From assembly GCA_904063045.1 (NCBI GenBank), contig CAJFCJ010000002.1, positions 1,168,185-1,232,184 on the forward strand: DNA of 64,000 nucleotides. Reading direction: 5' to 3'. Numbering within the stretch: position 1 is the first letter of the stretch; the number at the start of each line of letters is the position of its first letter. The notes beneath the pieces are model-generated. The model was not told where the DNA came from. It ran no database searches and saw only the letters and a list, made by a program, of their open reading frames with translations. Made by a program: the position numbers and the translations under genes. Origin of the DNA: Dimorphilus gyrociliatus (taxonomy: Eukaryota; Animalia; Annelida). Below are positions 24,901 to 41,399 of this stretch, one piece after another.

Positions 24901-27900
24901 GTGAGCGTTTTTTCTATATACAGTATATCCGTGAAAGAGTTTAGGATATTGGTTCGACTTTATTTCGGGTGAGAAACGAACCGTAAAGCCTTTATAAATA
25001 TTGCATACTGTGCTGGGCAACTTATAGGGCCTCGGTAAACATTAGTAGATTCGGTTAATGTAATATTACCGTTATTGAAAGTACTAAACAATGGATAAAA
25101 TAAAACACAGGCGTAAACTTGCAACCTTTGCATATTATCAAGACATGCTCTGATAAAAATCATAGACCTTGCTCTCCATTCCTAAAGCGTTTAACTATCA
25201 TAAATCAATAACGGTTCCGAGTCGGTTTTATTAATCTGTGGGTTTCAAGTATCGAATCTCGTCTGTTTAAATACAATTTCAATCAATTTACCGACATTCG
25301 AAGTAAGCAGTTTTTATTCTTCATAAAACAAACTATTTCTCTCACTGTTATTCTATACTGATATAAACACGATTGCGTAACAAGATCTTCGACTGCTCTA
25401 AATTTTTTACTAAAAAGATGCACGCTCATTGCAGGTGTCCCCTGGGTGTTTAATTTTGAAGTTAAATTTTATCCACCTGATCCAGCGGAACTAAAAGAGA
25501 ATATCACTAGGTTTGTTTTTGTGATTCGACGGATAACGTACTATTCTCATTAACAAATTTACTTTTCAGATACCAATTGGTGTTACAACTTCGATCAGAT
25601 ATTGCAGAGGGAAAGTAAGTATTTCTGTTGAGTGTATTCTAGCAAAGTAAATCTATTTTGTTCGTTAGGTTGCCTTGTTCTTTCGTGACACATGCTTTAC
25701 TTGGATCATATATTGTTCAAGCTGAACTAGGAGATTACGATCCAGCCGAACATGGACATGATTTTAGCTACTTAAAAGATATGAAGTTTGCTCCTCAGCA
25801 GACCGAGGACTTGCTTATCAAAATTTCCGAACTGCATAAACAACACAGGTTCGTTTTGCAATGCTTTGTTAAATCTCATTACATACAATTCGTTGTTAAT
25901 TAAAGAGGTCAAAAGCCGGATCAGAGCGAATTGCATTATCTTGAAAATGCTAAAAAATTGGCTATGTATGGTGTCGATATGCATCAAGCAAGGGTAATAA
26001 TATATAAATTTTTTACAACCTGAATTAACATCAGGGAGCAGAATCAATAACGTATTCTCGCCATCTACAGGATTCGGGAAGTGTTGAAATCATGTTAGGA
26101 GTATGTGCTAGTGGACTCCTAATTTATCGAGATCGACTACGAATCAATCGTTTTGCTTGGCCTAAAATCTTGAAGATTTCATATAAGCGAAATTACTTCT
26201 ACATCAAAATTAGACCGGGAGAATTGGATAACATCGAAAATACCATTGGATTCAAACTGGCTAGTCACAAACTAGCAAAACGTTTGTGGAAAACTGCTGT
26301 TGAACATCATACTTTCTTTAGACTGAAAGAAGCAGAACCAATTATGAAAAAAGGAATGGTAATTGGTCCTAATAAATATAGGTTTGTATAATCTTAATAG
26401 TCTTTCTTCATTGATAAATTGCTTAAAAGTTATAATCAACTTGGTTAATTATAGGTATTCTGGAAGAACGCAATGGCAAGCTATGTCAAGTGAAGTTGAT
26501 AGGGAACAACCGGCATTCCACCGAACAGGAAGCGTTTCCGCAGGTAACGAAAGGCCGTCACGTGTTTCTCGCATACATTCGAGGAGTATTGAAGCTGGTT
26601 TGTATTCATTATCACAAAAAGGAAGAACTACTCTTCGAATGTATGCATTCTACACGTTTTCGTTTGTGGTGTTTTCTTTTTGTAGGCTCTTCGGAACCAA
26701 TGCTGAATTTGACCAGTGATTATACGACACGTAGGTGGTTTCTTGCATGGATTAATGTGCAATATTCGTTGTCAATTTAATTTAATTTTTTTTTGTTCAC
26801 TCATTCATATCTTTTTCAAAATTATAAGTTTCGGATACGAACTGTTTGTGGCTGGTTTTTTAGATCTCATGGAGTCAAGCAGTCTCTTAGCAATTAAAAA
26901 AATAGACCGTCATCGCGTTGCTTTTTTTGTCTAGAAAAGTCTCTTATGACTAGGGTGTCTAATATTTTATGCAAATTTCTACAGGCCACTTAGAAAGAGA
27001 AGAAACTACTATGCCTGCCACTCAAACAAAACCAATGAAACAAATAGGCGTAAGTATTATTATTATGCAGAGAAAATTTCGATAATTTGCATTTGAACGA
27101 CTGGAAATGTTATAAATAATTTTCTACACTCGTATTTATAGAGTTATCGTTCGATTGATAATAGTATCGAACATGTGAATTCAAGCTTTGCATATCGCTA
27201 TGACTCTCCCCAGTCCAAAGCGGATTGCGTCTCCGCTACTTTAAGCGCTCGTTCGTTGGCAGATAGTTGCGTGATGGATCCTTTTACATCTCCGCGAACA
27301 GAAAATTATAAAGAGATAATAGTTGAGGTTTGAAAGTAGTTATTGGTGTGGTTGTCCAAAACGAGCATGGTCCTAATCCTCCATAAAATTGACACTAATT
27401 CTCTCATCAGTGACAAGTGTAGGGAATAAATTTAAATCTATGATTAATGTAACAGGAAAAACGACATTATGCACCTGTAATGAAAGAACTAAATGATACT
27501 TTGAGATCGAAGCATAGTACTCTTCCGCTTGCGCATTCCAGTCCAAATGGATCCATTTTGCGCAAAAAGGTCTGATGTTGGATAAATTTTTTGATTCTCA
27601 GATTCTAACTCGTCGAAAACCTAACTTTAACATATTTTAGGGGATATTATTTTGCATGCAAAAGATGCTTTAGGTTACTAACCATTCAAATGCAATGATA
27701 AAAAAATTAATTAGCGCAACCAGTATAAATAAAACGATCTTTTTATAATAGCATGTTTTATAAGGTAGAGTGAACAAAATTGCTTTTTTTTTCAATTTTA
27801 ATACTTAAGGAAAACGCAGTTTATTAATCGGATGTTTCTTTTATTCAGTCTATCCCACCAAACTCTGAGCAATTTGATAGAGAAAATGTAAGTATCTATA

Positions 27901-29118
27901 TATATATGTATATGGTCTGATTAATAGATTCTAATTTATCATTTGCCTCTAAAACAGTTTGATTTCGATAACCAAATGAATGATGATGGCACGTATGTAG
28001 ATGCTGAGGGAAGATATCGCGATAGAGATGGAAACCTGATTATCAAAAGAAATGTTATTCCCGGACCTGTAAGTATTTACCGTATATAGAAGAGAGATAT
28101 CTGTAAATATTTGCTCTATTTTTTATTCAGCGTCCCACTCAAGAAGACTATAATCAACATCATGGAAATGATGAATATGGAAATCAGTTGTACAATTCAA
28201 ATACTGGAAATTCTATGAGTGACCCCAACTTTGCTAGAGAATATCAGGTAAATACATATGTCATTAAGAGCATCTTGTGCAACTCGCATTTATATAGTGG
28301 AGGTTCCCTTTTTATTATTACTCTAACACTCGCCTTGGTATGTTGCGTAAATTTGCGCCACGCTTTATAACAGCCTCGGGATAACGCTGCTGGAAGAGAT
28401 GATAATTTGCCGTACGTTCGAACGGAAACTAGAACAGTTACTTATTCTCGCGAAAATGGTAATGCTGATAATAACTTTCCCGGAGCGGATCAAATGATTA
28501 CGTCGCAAACCCATTCTACCCGAACATATATGATGGAAACTACGACGGTAGGTGGCTGCGCTTTGTACACCCAAACTAATTTACTACCTCCTCGCATGTT
28601 TTTTGTTTGTTTGTCGATAGTCAATTGTAAATATTCTATTTCCTATAAGGGTTTTTGTTTTTTTTGAAAAGCAGACTCGTTCTGGCCCAACTGGACCATC
28701 GGTAGATCAAGTGGTCGGTATTTTAGAAACAAAAGAAATATTTAACGCCTATCCTAATTAACTTACCCAGCTTTATTTGATTTCACTGATCTAAGATTTT
28801 GATCAGTTTATAGCAAAAAGTTCCTTTACAATCTATTGTCTTCCTTGTCTAGTACAATGATCAATTTCAAAATAATAATTCTCTTCCACATTTTACAGTA
28901 TCAAAGAGAAAGTGGTCAAGTTGGACAACAAGTTAATATTCAATCATACAACGAGGATGATGATGAACAGGTAAGAATACTTAACATTTCCTCTAGAAAT
29001 TGCTAAAAATTACATCTAATCCATTAAATCATTTCAGCAATTATTGGATGCAATCCGTAGTGTTACAGAGCTTAATTCAGATATGACCGTAGAAAAAGTC
29101 GTAGTAAAAGATGGTTAA
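21960..29118 (+). CDS. EPB41: Protein 4.1 / coracle (FERM, FA and 4.1 C-terminal domains)
   Basis: FERM ([57 protein letters not shown]), FA (YSGRTQ), CTD ([22 protein letters not shown]). The first coding exon at 21960 is inferred from a phase-0 join. Confidence 0.93.
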
Positions 29119-31168
29119 GGTAATGAAATCAAATATATAGTTTGAAAGATGACTTCATATATTTTTTTTCTTTTACAGTTTTACCCTGTCAAGTCTTCGT
29201 AGCGTTGCCAATTGTTGTTGCCCAATTTTTTACAAGCCAAATGGTTATAAGTGAACATGAAATTTTTTTTGTTACCGGTTAAATTTTGTATAAAGACTTT
29301 ACGAATTGTTACCTGTACAGACAAGTTATTAAATGCTAATTTTTCTTTGCAAGTGTCTTGTGATTTTGTAATTTGGTGCAGAAAGCGTCAACTGGAAATT
29401 TTTAATCTGTTTTCATACATATAGTCATAATTTTAAGTTAATAATTACTGGGGCAATATTTTTGTATGTATTTGTTAATAGTTGTATGTGGCGACTACAG
29501 CAGGCTTGACTTCGGAGACTCTTGATATCGATAGCCGGCTTAATCGCTTTTCAATGGCCTATATCAAGCGACGGGGTATTGCTTTGCTTACTCTTTTTTT
29601 TTTCTATTTATGTAAATCGTAGTGTACGTCTTACACACAGAATAATTTTTTTTTTTGCAAACATTTTTTAAGCGTCTATTTGAGTTGCGTATATGTTAAA
29701 GAGATGTTTGCTTTCTCGGTGTAGTTGCATTCTTTCCTATACTTGACAAATCTTATGCAAGCTTCCAGTGTCTATTTTTCTCCTTGCGATTTTTGCTTAA
29801 TTATCAATATGAAAAGAATGGTTTAATAAAAGAGAATCCTAATTACCTATTCCTTCTCCAATTGACTATTTGTAAATTCTTCACATTAAAGAATAAACAC
29901 AAAAACAAAAGCCTCTTAGAGCCTATTTTTTCCTAATGACAGGCTTCCGATCAATATAAATCACCAACGATGTAAAGAAATTAAGTTCAGTTTAAAAATA
30001 AATATTAGTACTTTGCAATGTACTCAATCTATATGAAGAACAGACTTTTCTATAGAATAAGCTATCTCTCAGACTTATATCTGATCTTCTATCAAATGAT
30101 ATCTGAAATACAGAAATCAAGTGAAGCGTTTGACTGATTGTACCAAAATTGGTGATATACTTTGCGACACCATTGAATCATGTAGATAAGACTTTACTTT
30201 TCATAATGACATGTTCTGTTTTCTCTTTAGAAATCAAAACAAACTAAACCTGGAATACAGTTGGTATAATCTAATTTCTCTATATTTACCCAACTCCAGT
30301 ATATGATTTATGTATTAAAAATTAGATTACGAATTGGCTAGTAAAGAGAAAAACGTTTTTCACTTGCTAAAAGTCAGAAAGAGAATTATATAATTATATA
30401 AGACTTTAATGATTAAAACATTAAAAGTTCAGAATTGTAGAAACAAGAAAGAAAGTTGTGGCTACTGAACATTTTCAATTATAGATCAGAAATCACATTA
30501 AGCTCGATTTCATTGAACTGAAAATCGGCAGAAATTCTTCAACAACATATTTAGAAAAACGAACGTCGTTCTTCCGATAAATCTTCTATCTAGTAGTCTT
30601 TTCTCTGAAAGAAATTATATAGATTCATGGATTAAAAAATTGATTAGTTAGTATCTCATGTTATATGACAACTATAAATACTGCAAAACTGTAGAGAGAA
30701 ATATGACATTTTTTATCTTCAGCGAAATTTTAAGGAATATCACATTGAAGAATTATGTTATCTAACAACAATTTGCAATTAATTTAGATATAAATAATAG
30801 TTTTAAATAAATTTATATCTCATCTCATACCGCTTAACGCTAGTGTGTCGCCTACATCTAAGATTCCTTTTTAAGAAATATATATAAAGGTTACGAATTT
30901 TTAACCTAGCGATAATTTTTTAATTAGGGTTTGTAATTCCTTTTAAAGTACTAAAGTTTTTTAGTCAAGAATAACCTGTGTTTATACTAGTTTTATGATT
31001 CAGAGTCTGATTACTGGACAAGGAACCCTACTAAATTGACGTTGGAATCACGTGACTGCAATTTTGCAATATGGCTGCGCTCATGCATTGAGAAATGAGA
31101 TGAAAAAACTTTATTGCGATTTTTTTGAATATTTGTCTCTCTAATGAATTGAAAGGCTCGTGAATATT

Positions 31169-34100
31169 ATGCAACAATCTGCCGTCACGAAAAATATGTT
31201 TATCACTCACGCCTTACAGAAGATACTGTCAGATAAGGAAATTAAAAAATCTCATCATTCTCAACTCCGTCGAGCATGTGAAGTAGCCCTCGGTAAGTTT
31301 TTTTTACAAAATAGAGAAAAGAATAAGAATGAGTCTGGTATTTTCAGAGGAAATCAAAACTGACAGCAGCGACACAAAGTTAGTATTGTTTATTTTTTTA
31401 TATATTTAGCAATGTTGCATTATTGTTTGGAATAGTTTTTTGACAACATCCGATTTGTACAAAGTTTTTAAACAGTTTTATTCGCATTAGTGATTAATCA
31501 AAGTTCAAATCTTTAGATTAGAAAATGGAAATTCAACCGCCGTACCAGTACCAAGAGATTCTTCGACCCTTGACGCTGACAAATACTTTTTGCCATTCGA
31601 GTTAGCCTGTCAGTCCAAATGTCCTCGGATCGTACATGTAGCATTAGATTGCTTACAGGTTAGAGCCTATATTGACAAGTTTACATTTTATTAAAAAATT
31701 TAATCAAATAGAAACTGATTGCTTATGGTCATTTGACCGGAAATGCTCCGGATTATGCTAATTCTCCTAATAAAACGCTGATTGAAAGAATAGTTGAAAC
31801 AATATGTGGATGCTTCCAGGTATGTAGAAATCATTCTCCCTAGAATTATTTGTTCAATAATCATTTATGTAGGGTGCTCACACTGATGAAGGCGTTCAGC
31901 TGCAAATTATCAAGGCGTTGTTGACTGTCATGACATCACAAGGATGCGAGGTAATTTTTTAATATATCCTTCAAACAAAAAGAAAAAACATCTCAAATTA
32001 CATAATACTTCATTCAGATACATGAAGGAGCTGTTTTGCAAACTGTTCGAACTGTATATAACATATATCTAGCTTCTAAGTCAGTTGTAAATCAAAAAAC
32101 TGCTCAAGCCGCGCTTACACAAATGTTGAACGTGATTTTCTCTCGAATGGAAAACCAAGCTGTGAGTATTACATGTAATTGCGATCCTATTTGAATGTAT
32201 GTTAATTTCTTTATAGATTGAAGAAAAAAAACAAAGTGACGAAGAGAGTAAGCGATTACAGAAAAGTGAAGAAGATCAAAAAGAAAATAAAGCTGAAGGT
32301 AGTTCGTCAAGTTCATCATTAAATATAGTTATCTAAAAATTAGTTTTACAAACAGAAATCAATGACGAAGATGTGGAGACAGTCGTAGCATCTGTTATGG
32401 ATAATATATTGACTAATTTGACCGGTTAGTTTTTACTAATCATCATTATTCTTAAATGTTTAATTCTTGTTTTGTTTACTTAGGAAATGATCAACTAAAC
32501 GAAGAAATAAAAGAAGGTAATGAAGTTAATAGTAATGGTGCAAATATTGAAGTCAATGACGAAGATTCCTTATCAATTCCTAACCCTTTGGCCGGTAAGA
32601 ATTTCATTCAATTAGTGCTTAACGTTATCAATAACCGCCTATGCTTTATTCAGATGGGAAAAGTGATGTGGAAGAGTCAAATGAAGCTCAGTCAATTTTT
32701 TCTCACATCTTGCAAAAAGATGCATTCTTAGTTTTTAGGAGTTTATGTAAATTATCAATGAAGCCTTTATCTGATGGACCTCCGGATCCAAAGTCACATG
32801 AACTTCGTTCGAAAATACTATCTTTACAGTTGCTTTTGTCCATTTTACAAAATGCCGGAACTGTCTTCAAAACAAATGATATGTTTATCACTGCTATTAA
32901 ACAATATTTATGCGTGGCTTTGAGTAGGAATGGTGTATCGTCGGTTCACGAAGTATTTGAACTCTCCCTAGCTATATTTGTTACTCTCTTATCTAACTTC
33001 AAGCAGCATCTCAAAATGCAGATTGAGGTAAAACCCAACTCGTAGAATAAACATTTTGAAGTATATTTATATGTTTTTTAAACCAGGTATTCTTCAAAGA
33101 AATTTTCCTTTACATTTTGGAAACCCCGAGCAGTAGTTTCCAACATAAATGGATGGTTATTCATGCTCTAACTGTGATCTGTGCAGGTTAGTAAAATATC
33201 TTACAATTTTTAACTTAAGAATCACATTTCGAAATGTTTTATTAGATGCACAATGTGTAGTCGATATGTATTTAAATTATGACTGTGATATGGCGCGAGC
33301 AAACATTTTTGAAAAGCTAGTTAATGATCTTTCCAAGATTTCTCGTGGTCGCCAGGCTATGGAGCTTGGAGTTTCAAGCAATCAAGAAAGAAGTATTTGT
33401 ATTAAAGCTTACAAGTGTTTGGTATCTATTCTTAAATGCATGGTAGAATGGAGTAAAGATTTGTACGTAAATCCTCATTCTCAATCTAATTTGGGAGCTG
33501 AAACAAGACATGATAGAGAAGTTCCAGACGTGGATAGTGGAAACGGAACAATGACTAGCTACGGTAGTGTCAACAGTCTTAATTCTTCATCGTCTACGGC
33601 TGACAAGATGTCATCAAGTGGTCATATTCAAGACAATCCAGAGCAGTTTGAAGTTATTAAACAACAGAAAGAGATAATGGAAACTGGAATAGAGATGTTT
33701 AATAAAAAACCTAAAAAAGGCTTAAGCTATTTACAAGAGCATGTTATGATTGGTCCTACTCCCGATGATGTTGCTGAATTTCTGCACAAAGAAGAGCGCT
33801 TAGACAAGGTATAAACTATTTAATATGAAGTTTTTTGTTCATAAAATATTTTTTTTATAGAGCGCAATAGGGGATTTTATGGGAGAAAATGAAGTTTTCA
33901 ATAAAGAAGTTATGTATGCTTATATAGATCAACTTCAGCTCGAGAATATGGATATTGTTTCTTCCCTTCGTCGCTTCCTAGAAGGTTTCAGATTACCTGG
34001 TGAAGCTCAAAAAATTGATCGTTTAATGGAAAAGTTTGCGGCTAGATATTTAGAGTGCAATCCTAAGTAGATAAGAGAACTTACATTAAGATTTGTATTA

Positions 34101-37100
34101 TAATATTATTTTTTCAGCAACGGGATATTTCTTTCCGCAGACGCTGCTTATGTCTTAGCTTTTTCCATTATTATGTTAACGACCGACTTACATAGTAGTC
34201 AAATAAAACGCAAAATGACGAAAGAAGACTATATTCGTATGAATCGGGGTATCAATGATAATAAAGATTTACCCGAGGAGTATTTGAGCAAAATATATGA
34301 TGAAATTAGAAGCTCTGAAATAAAAATGAAGGCGTCATCAAAGGCGACAAATAGACCCATTGGAAGTTCTCAAATAGCAAGTGCTAAGCAGCGAAAGATG
34401 GTATATAATATGGAAATGGAGCAGATGGCGAGTACAGCTAAAGCGTTGATGGAAAGCGTTAGCCATCTATCCAGCGAATTTACGTCTGCCACTCATTTTG
34501 AACATGTACGACCCATGTTCAAAATTGTTTGGACGCCATTTTTAGCATCATTTGGTGTTGGACTGAATGACTCGGACGACCATGAAATAGCAGCTTTGTG
34601 TTTAGAAGGAATAAGATGTTCAATTAGAATAGCTTGTATTTTTCATATGGAATGGGAACGTGATGCATACGTTCAAGCATTAGCTCGCTTTACTCTGCTT
34701 ACAGCAACCTCCCCAATAACGGAAATGAAAACAAAAAATATCGACACGATCAAAACGTTAATTTCGGTGGCTCATACAGACGGAAATTATTTGGGTCGAT
34801 CGTGGCTAGAAGTAAGCAGTGATACACATAAAATACTCTTAATAAAAAATAATCTTTAAATCACAGATCCTGAAGTGTATATCTCAACTAGAACTTGCCC
34901 AATTAATAGGAACTGGAGTGAAAACAAGATTTATTGGGAGCTCACAGAATCCTCACTCAGTCTTTACGACAGTATTCTCATCTCCAAATACATCTGAAAC
35001 AGCTGAAGTTGACGGTACGGATAAAGTGAAAGTAAAATTATATCTGTATTATCTATTTGCTTGTTAACAGCTCTTACACGAGGCCGATATGATCCGAAAG
35101 CTCTTGCATCAATTCAAGAAACAATGGGAGAAACTTCATCTCAAAGCATCGTTGTTGCAGTAGATCGTATCTTCACTGGTTCCGTCAAATTAGACGGCGA
35201 CGCTATTGGTAAATAGTTCAAAACGTAGCTTATTTACAAGAGAATAATTAAAAATTTTTGTCAGTTGAATTCGTAAAAGCCCTTTGTGCTGTATCCCTGG
35301 AAGAACTGTCTTCGATATCCCATCCAAGAATGTTTAGTCTGACAAAACTAGTCGAGATCTCATATTATAATATGGGCAGAATCAGATTGCAGTGGTCTAG
35401 AATGTGGAAAGTTCTTGGTGATCATTTCAATAAGGTATATAACCAATTGAATTGTACAATTTATTAAGTTTATTATATTTTAACATTTAGGTCGGTTGCA
35501 ATCCTAACGAGGAGATTTCGTTTTTTGCCATCGACTCTCTGCGTCAGTTAGCTATGAAATTTATTGAGAAAGGAGAATTTGCCAATTTTAGATTTCAAAA
35601 AGATTTTTTGAGACCATTTGAATATATTATGAAAAAGAATCGGTCGCCTCCAATACGCGATATGGTAGTTCGCTGCGTTGCACAAATGGTCAACTCACAA
35701 GCGTGCAATGTGAAATCTGGTTGGAAAAACATTTTTAGCGTATTTCACCTTGCTGCTTCTGACCAAGACGAAAGTATAGTTGAGTTAGCCTTTCAAACTA
35801 CGTCCAATATCATTTGTATGTACATAAATTAATATAACAAAAGATAAAAAATGATATTTTCTTTCCATAGCTTGTATTTTCGAAAAATACTTCTCGGCAA
35901 TCATTGATTCATTCCAAGATGCTGTGAAATGTCTTTCAGAATTTGCTTGCAATGCAGCCTTTCCAGACACTAGTATGGAGGCTATCCGCTTAATTCGAAA
36001 TTGTGCAAAATATGTTGCTGATAAACCTCAAGTAAGTAATAAAATGAATAAAGAGTATAAATATCAACTTGTATTATTCATCTTTAGATATTTCGCGAGC
36101 ACGCCGGTGATATAGAGATAAGCTGTGCGGAAGAGGATCGAGCCTGGATGAGAGGATGGTTTCCGGTATTTTTTGAATTGTCCTGCATAATTAATCGCTG
36201 TAAATTGGATGTTCGTACTAGGTATACCGAAATATATTTTTAGACTTTTGGCTTTTGGCTAATGATTTGAATTTTGTCTTATAACAGGGGCTTAACAGTA
36301 ATGTTCGAAATAATGAAAACCTATGGAGATGTCTTTGAGCCACATTGGTGGAAAGATCTTTTCAAAATAGTCTTTAGGATATTTGACACAAGTAAGCTGC
36401 CGGAAACGCAGACGGAAGTAAGTTAAAAACAGTTTATCTTTTTATTGCTTCAAAAATCGCGCATGTTTCACCTGATGCTTGTCCATTATTTCAGAATGAA
36501 AAAGGGGAAAATATAAAGGATTTATATAATTCTGTAAGCTTTGCTTCTACTAAATATACTTTTAACATTAAATATAAGCTATTAATTTTACCTTAAACTA
36601 AAAAACTTCTTCAGAAAGCTGAGTGGATGACAACTACTTGTAATCATGCACTTTATGCAATAGTGGATGTGTTTACACAATATTATGAGGTAAGCATTTA
36701 ATGGCACATAGGTGAAGAGAATTTTATATGATCTCTTGCAGACACTAAATTCTATTCTCCTATCGGAATTCTACGCTCGATTACAATGGTGCGTTCAACA
36801 AGAAAATGAACAATTAGCTCGTTCTGGAACAAATTGCTTAGAAAATTTTGTAATTCCCAATGGACTTAAATTTTCTGAAGAAGTATGGAACGATACATGT
36901 CAGTGCATGGTTTCAGTGTTTAAGAGTACCCTGCCACAAGGACTTTTAACATGGAAGCCTGATCATGAATCAGATAACAGATCAATATCATCAAATCATT
37001 CCGAGTCAGAAGGTTACAGGAGACAGCGAGATGAGAGTATAAGTAGTGAAGCCAGTTTGGATTCGTCTCAAAAATTACCTCGAAATAGTATGCTCATTTA

Positions 37101-38868
37101 TAATTTAATATTTTCGATTTATTCACTTTACATTAAATTTACAGAAGCCACAGAAGATAAAATGTTCGCGTCACTATTAATTCGTTGTGTGGTTCAATTG
37201 GAATTAATTCAAACAATAGATAATGTCATATTTTTTCCAACAACCAGTCGTAAAGAAGATGAATATAACTTAGCTGCGGCTCAGAATGAATCTTGGCAAG
37301 CAGATCGACCCGAGACTGTTACTAACCAGGGAATGTATGAAAACCTCTCAGCAGAACAACTTTTCCTATTAGCTGATTGTCTCATTGAGTCGCACTCTTT
37401 TGCCAAAACTTTCAATTCCAACCATGAACAGCGAAACGTTCTTTGGAAAGCTGGATTCAAGGGAAAAGCTAAGCCCAATCTTTTAAAGCAAGAAACTCAA
37501 AGTTTAGCATGCACTTTAAGAATCTTATTCAAAATGCATGGAGATGAAGGTAGAAGTCAGGTCTCATCAGAAGTTAATAGGCGATTAATAAGTATTGGTG
37601 TTGACGCTCTACGTTATTATTTATTATTGCAATCGGACAGTCATCGAGAAGCTTGGACAAGCTTACTACTATTGTTTTTAACGAAAGTATTGAACATGAA
37701 CGATGAATCGGTAAGTTTCTTTTATTTATAGAGTCGCAAACGGCCCATATTCATGACTCTTTTCCCTTCGATATCCGATTACTGAATATCTCGGTTGTTT
37801 TGTTTTAACAATATTTTGGTTTGGATTATATGTCCCCGGCGCCGGCGTTGAATCCCCTTTCATTGGTAAAAGAATCGTTCCATTAATCCTACTTCCCAGA
37901 GTAAAAGATGGAGCGCTTCGACAGAGTGTTTTAACGTCGTATTGATTAGGTGGTGGGTTATTTTCTTTAATTTTATCGTCTTTTTCTCGTCTGTTTCCAA
38001 TGGAAAATTGTGGAGCTTCTGGAGCATAATTCTGGCTCCTACCAAGAGGAGCCCTTTGCTTATAGTGCACAGGTGATGGCCATTTGCTATCATGTAGAAA
38101 ATCCGTCTTCTGAGTCCATATATTTGGCTGCTGAAACCATGTTTTTTCCCAAGCTGTTCGGCTGCCACCAGCTGAATAAAGGAGATTAAACGCTTCAGTT
38201 ATTAACTGATGTTGTAAAGGATTGGTAGAAGTACTTACGTTTTTCAACAAATGTTCGTCGACCAAAACTCCAACATGGCGAATTAGTTTCTTTTAGTGGT
38301 TTATTTCTTGGAGTGTAAGTCCATGGTGTTGGTCCGTCCATATCAATTCTTAACGGAGGTCTATGATTCGTAGCTTCATCCCAGCCTATGACCTTGTCGC
38401 TATAATTATTTCCGACCACTTTCTTGTTAGCTTGTCGAACTGACACAGTAGGCAATTTATATCGAGGCGGAAATCGTCTGGCGCTAATTCGGCTAGCTCT
38501 TGATTCAACAACATTTGTTCGAAGAGCATGAATTGGTGAAGGTATATGACCGAGCTTTATCGTAACAAATGGACTCTTTGGAGAGGATCTAAGAGAACTC
38601 GCACACTCTTCATCCATTATTAGACGTATACACTGGTTGCGTCGCGTAACGACCGTACACAATAGATTATAATTGTGTAGCAATTGATCGGCCTTGATTG
38701 ATCGTTAATTCTTTGTTGCAGTTCAAGATTCATTCAAAGGAGTACTACCCTCTGCTCTGCGATACATTTCTACATGACCACAAATTAGAACTACGTTCCG
38801 TTCTACGAAAATTTTTCCTGAGAACAGCATCACTATTTAATATCATTACGCCGTCGACTGAACTGTAA
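31169..38868 (+). CDS. ARFGEF1: Brefeldin A-inhibited Arf GEF (BIG1/BIG2, Sec7 domain)
   Basis: DCB, HUS (YLNYDCD), Sec7 ([18 protein letters not shown]; MLTTDLHS) and HDS domains. The last exon 38722-38868 ([13 protein letters not shown]...LRSVLRKFF) follows a 1-kb intron. Confidence 0.97.
37726..38617 (-). CDS. STPG3: Sperm-tail PG-rich (STPG/SHIPPO) repeat protein nested antisense in the last ARFGEF intron
   Basis: [22 protein letters not shown] and PAPGTYNP repeats; [13 protein letters not shown]...QKTDF...KWPSP resembles STPG3. One intron at 38172-38238. Confidence 0.8.
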
Positions 38869-39695
38869 AGCATTCCGTAAATTAACATAATGATTTTGCA
38901 TGTTTTATGTTGGTATACTTATTTCTAAAAAAAAAATAACTGTGTTGTTGGGTCGGTTGATTCGGGATATTTTTTAAGATATTTATCTTCACTATTTTTT
39001 TTATTTAATATCAAATTGATAAAAATAAATTGTTATTACAAGGTCTTATATACACCTAACATTGATTATCTTTTATCATCTCTTATCAGTTGCTACATTG
39101 GCAACTTCTACAGCGGTCAGTTACATTTAAAATCTATTAATTTGGACAACCTAAATAGTTTGGGATAGAAGTTACTTTCTGATATTTATTGACTCCGAAT
39201 TAATATATACAATTGTATGTTTATAGCCAAATAGTAAATCATCTGAATTGTTTGGTTTGATATTAATCATTGGGGAATAAAAATTATAGGTAAGTAGTAT
39301 TGAAAAAAGCCTGGTTACTGTTCATAAATTGACAATGAAATTTCGAGATCGTGAATAGCGTGCTCATGTAAGGCAAATCGTTCTTCTATAGGTTCTGCCA
39401 AAATATAATTGTTGGCCTTTTCGTATTAAAGCCACCTATTTTCTTTATCTCAATACAACAATGGCGATCAATGCTTTAGTATTGAAATATTTCGTGTCGT
39501 ATACTGTATAAAATTGTTGACTAAATATACTTCCTTCTGATCAACGATACTAGTTGATGGGAAGTCTGTGCTCAAGTTATATCGATAAGAGATATATATA
39601 TATATACATATACATATATATATATATTAAATATGTATATATATAATTTATATTGAATTATTACTAGGAAAAAAAACTACTAACGAAAAACAACA

Positions 39696-41399
<1,704 letters not shown>

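Noticed and set aside
29520-29569. Hairpin CTTGATAT...ATATCAAG in the EPB41 3' UTR (SECIS or miRNA?)
   Set aside because: The stem is only about 8 bp, there is no in-frame UGA in the gene, and no known miRNA arm.
29700-30800. Scattered exon-like segments between EPB41 and ARFGEF
   Set aside because: Short open stretches with plausible splice sites, but no consistent frame, start or domain. It could still be a degraded or orphan gene.
37088-37144. Stop-free 57-nt intron inside the long ARFGEF track ORF
   Set aside because: It has ordinary splice sites, and 3n stop-free introns are expected by chance with this many short introns.
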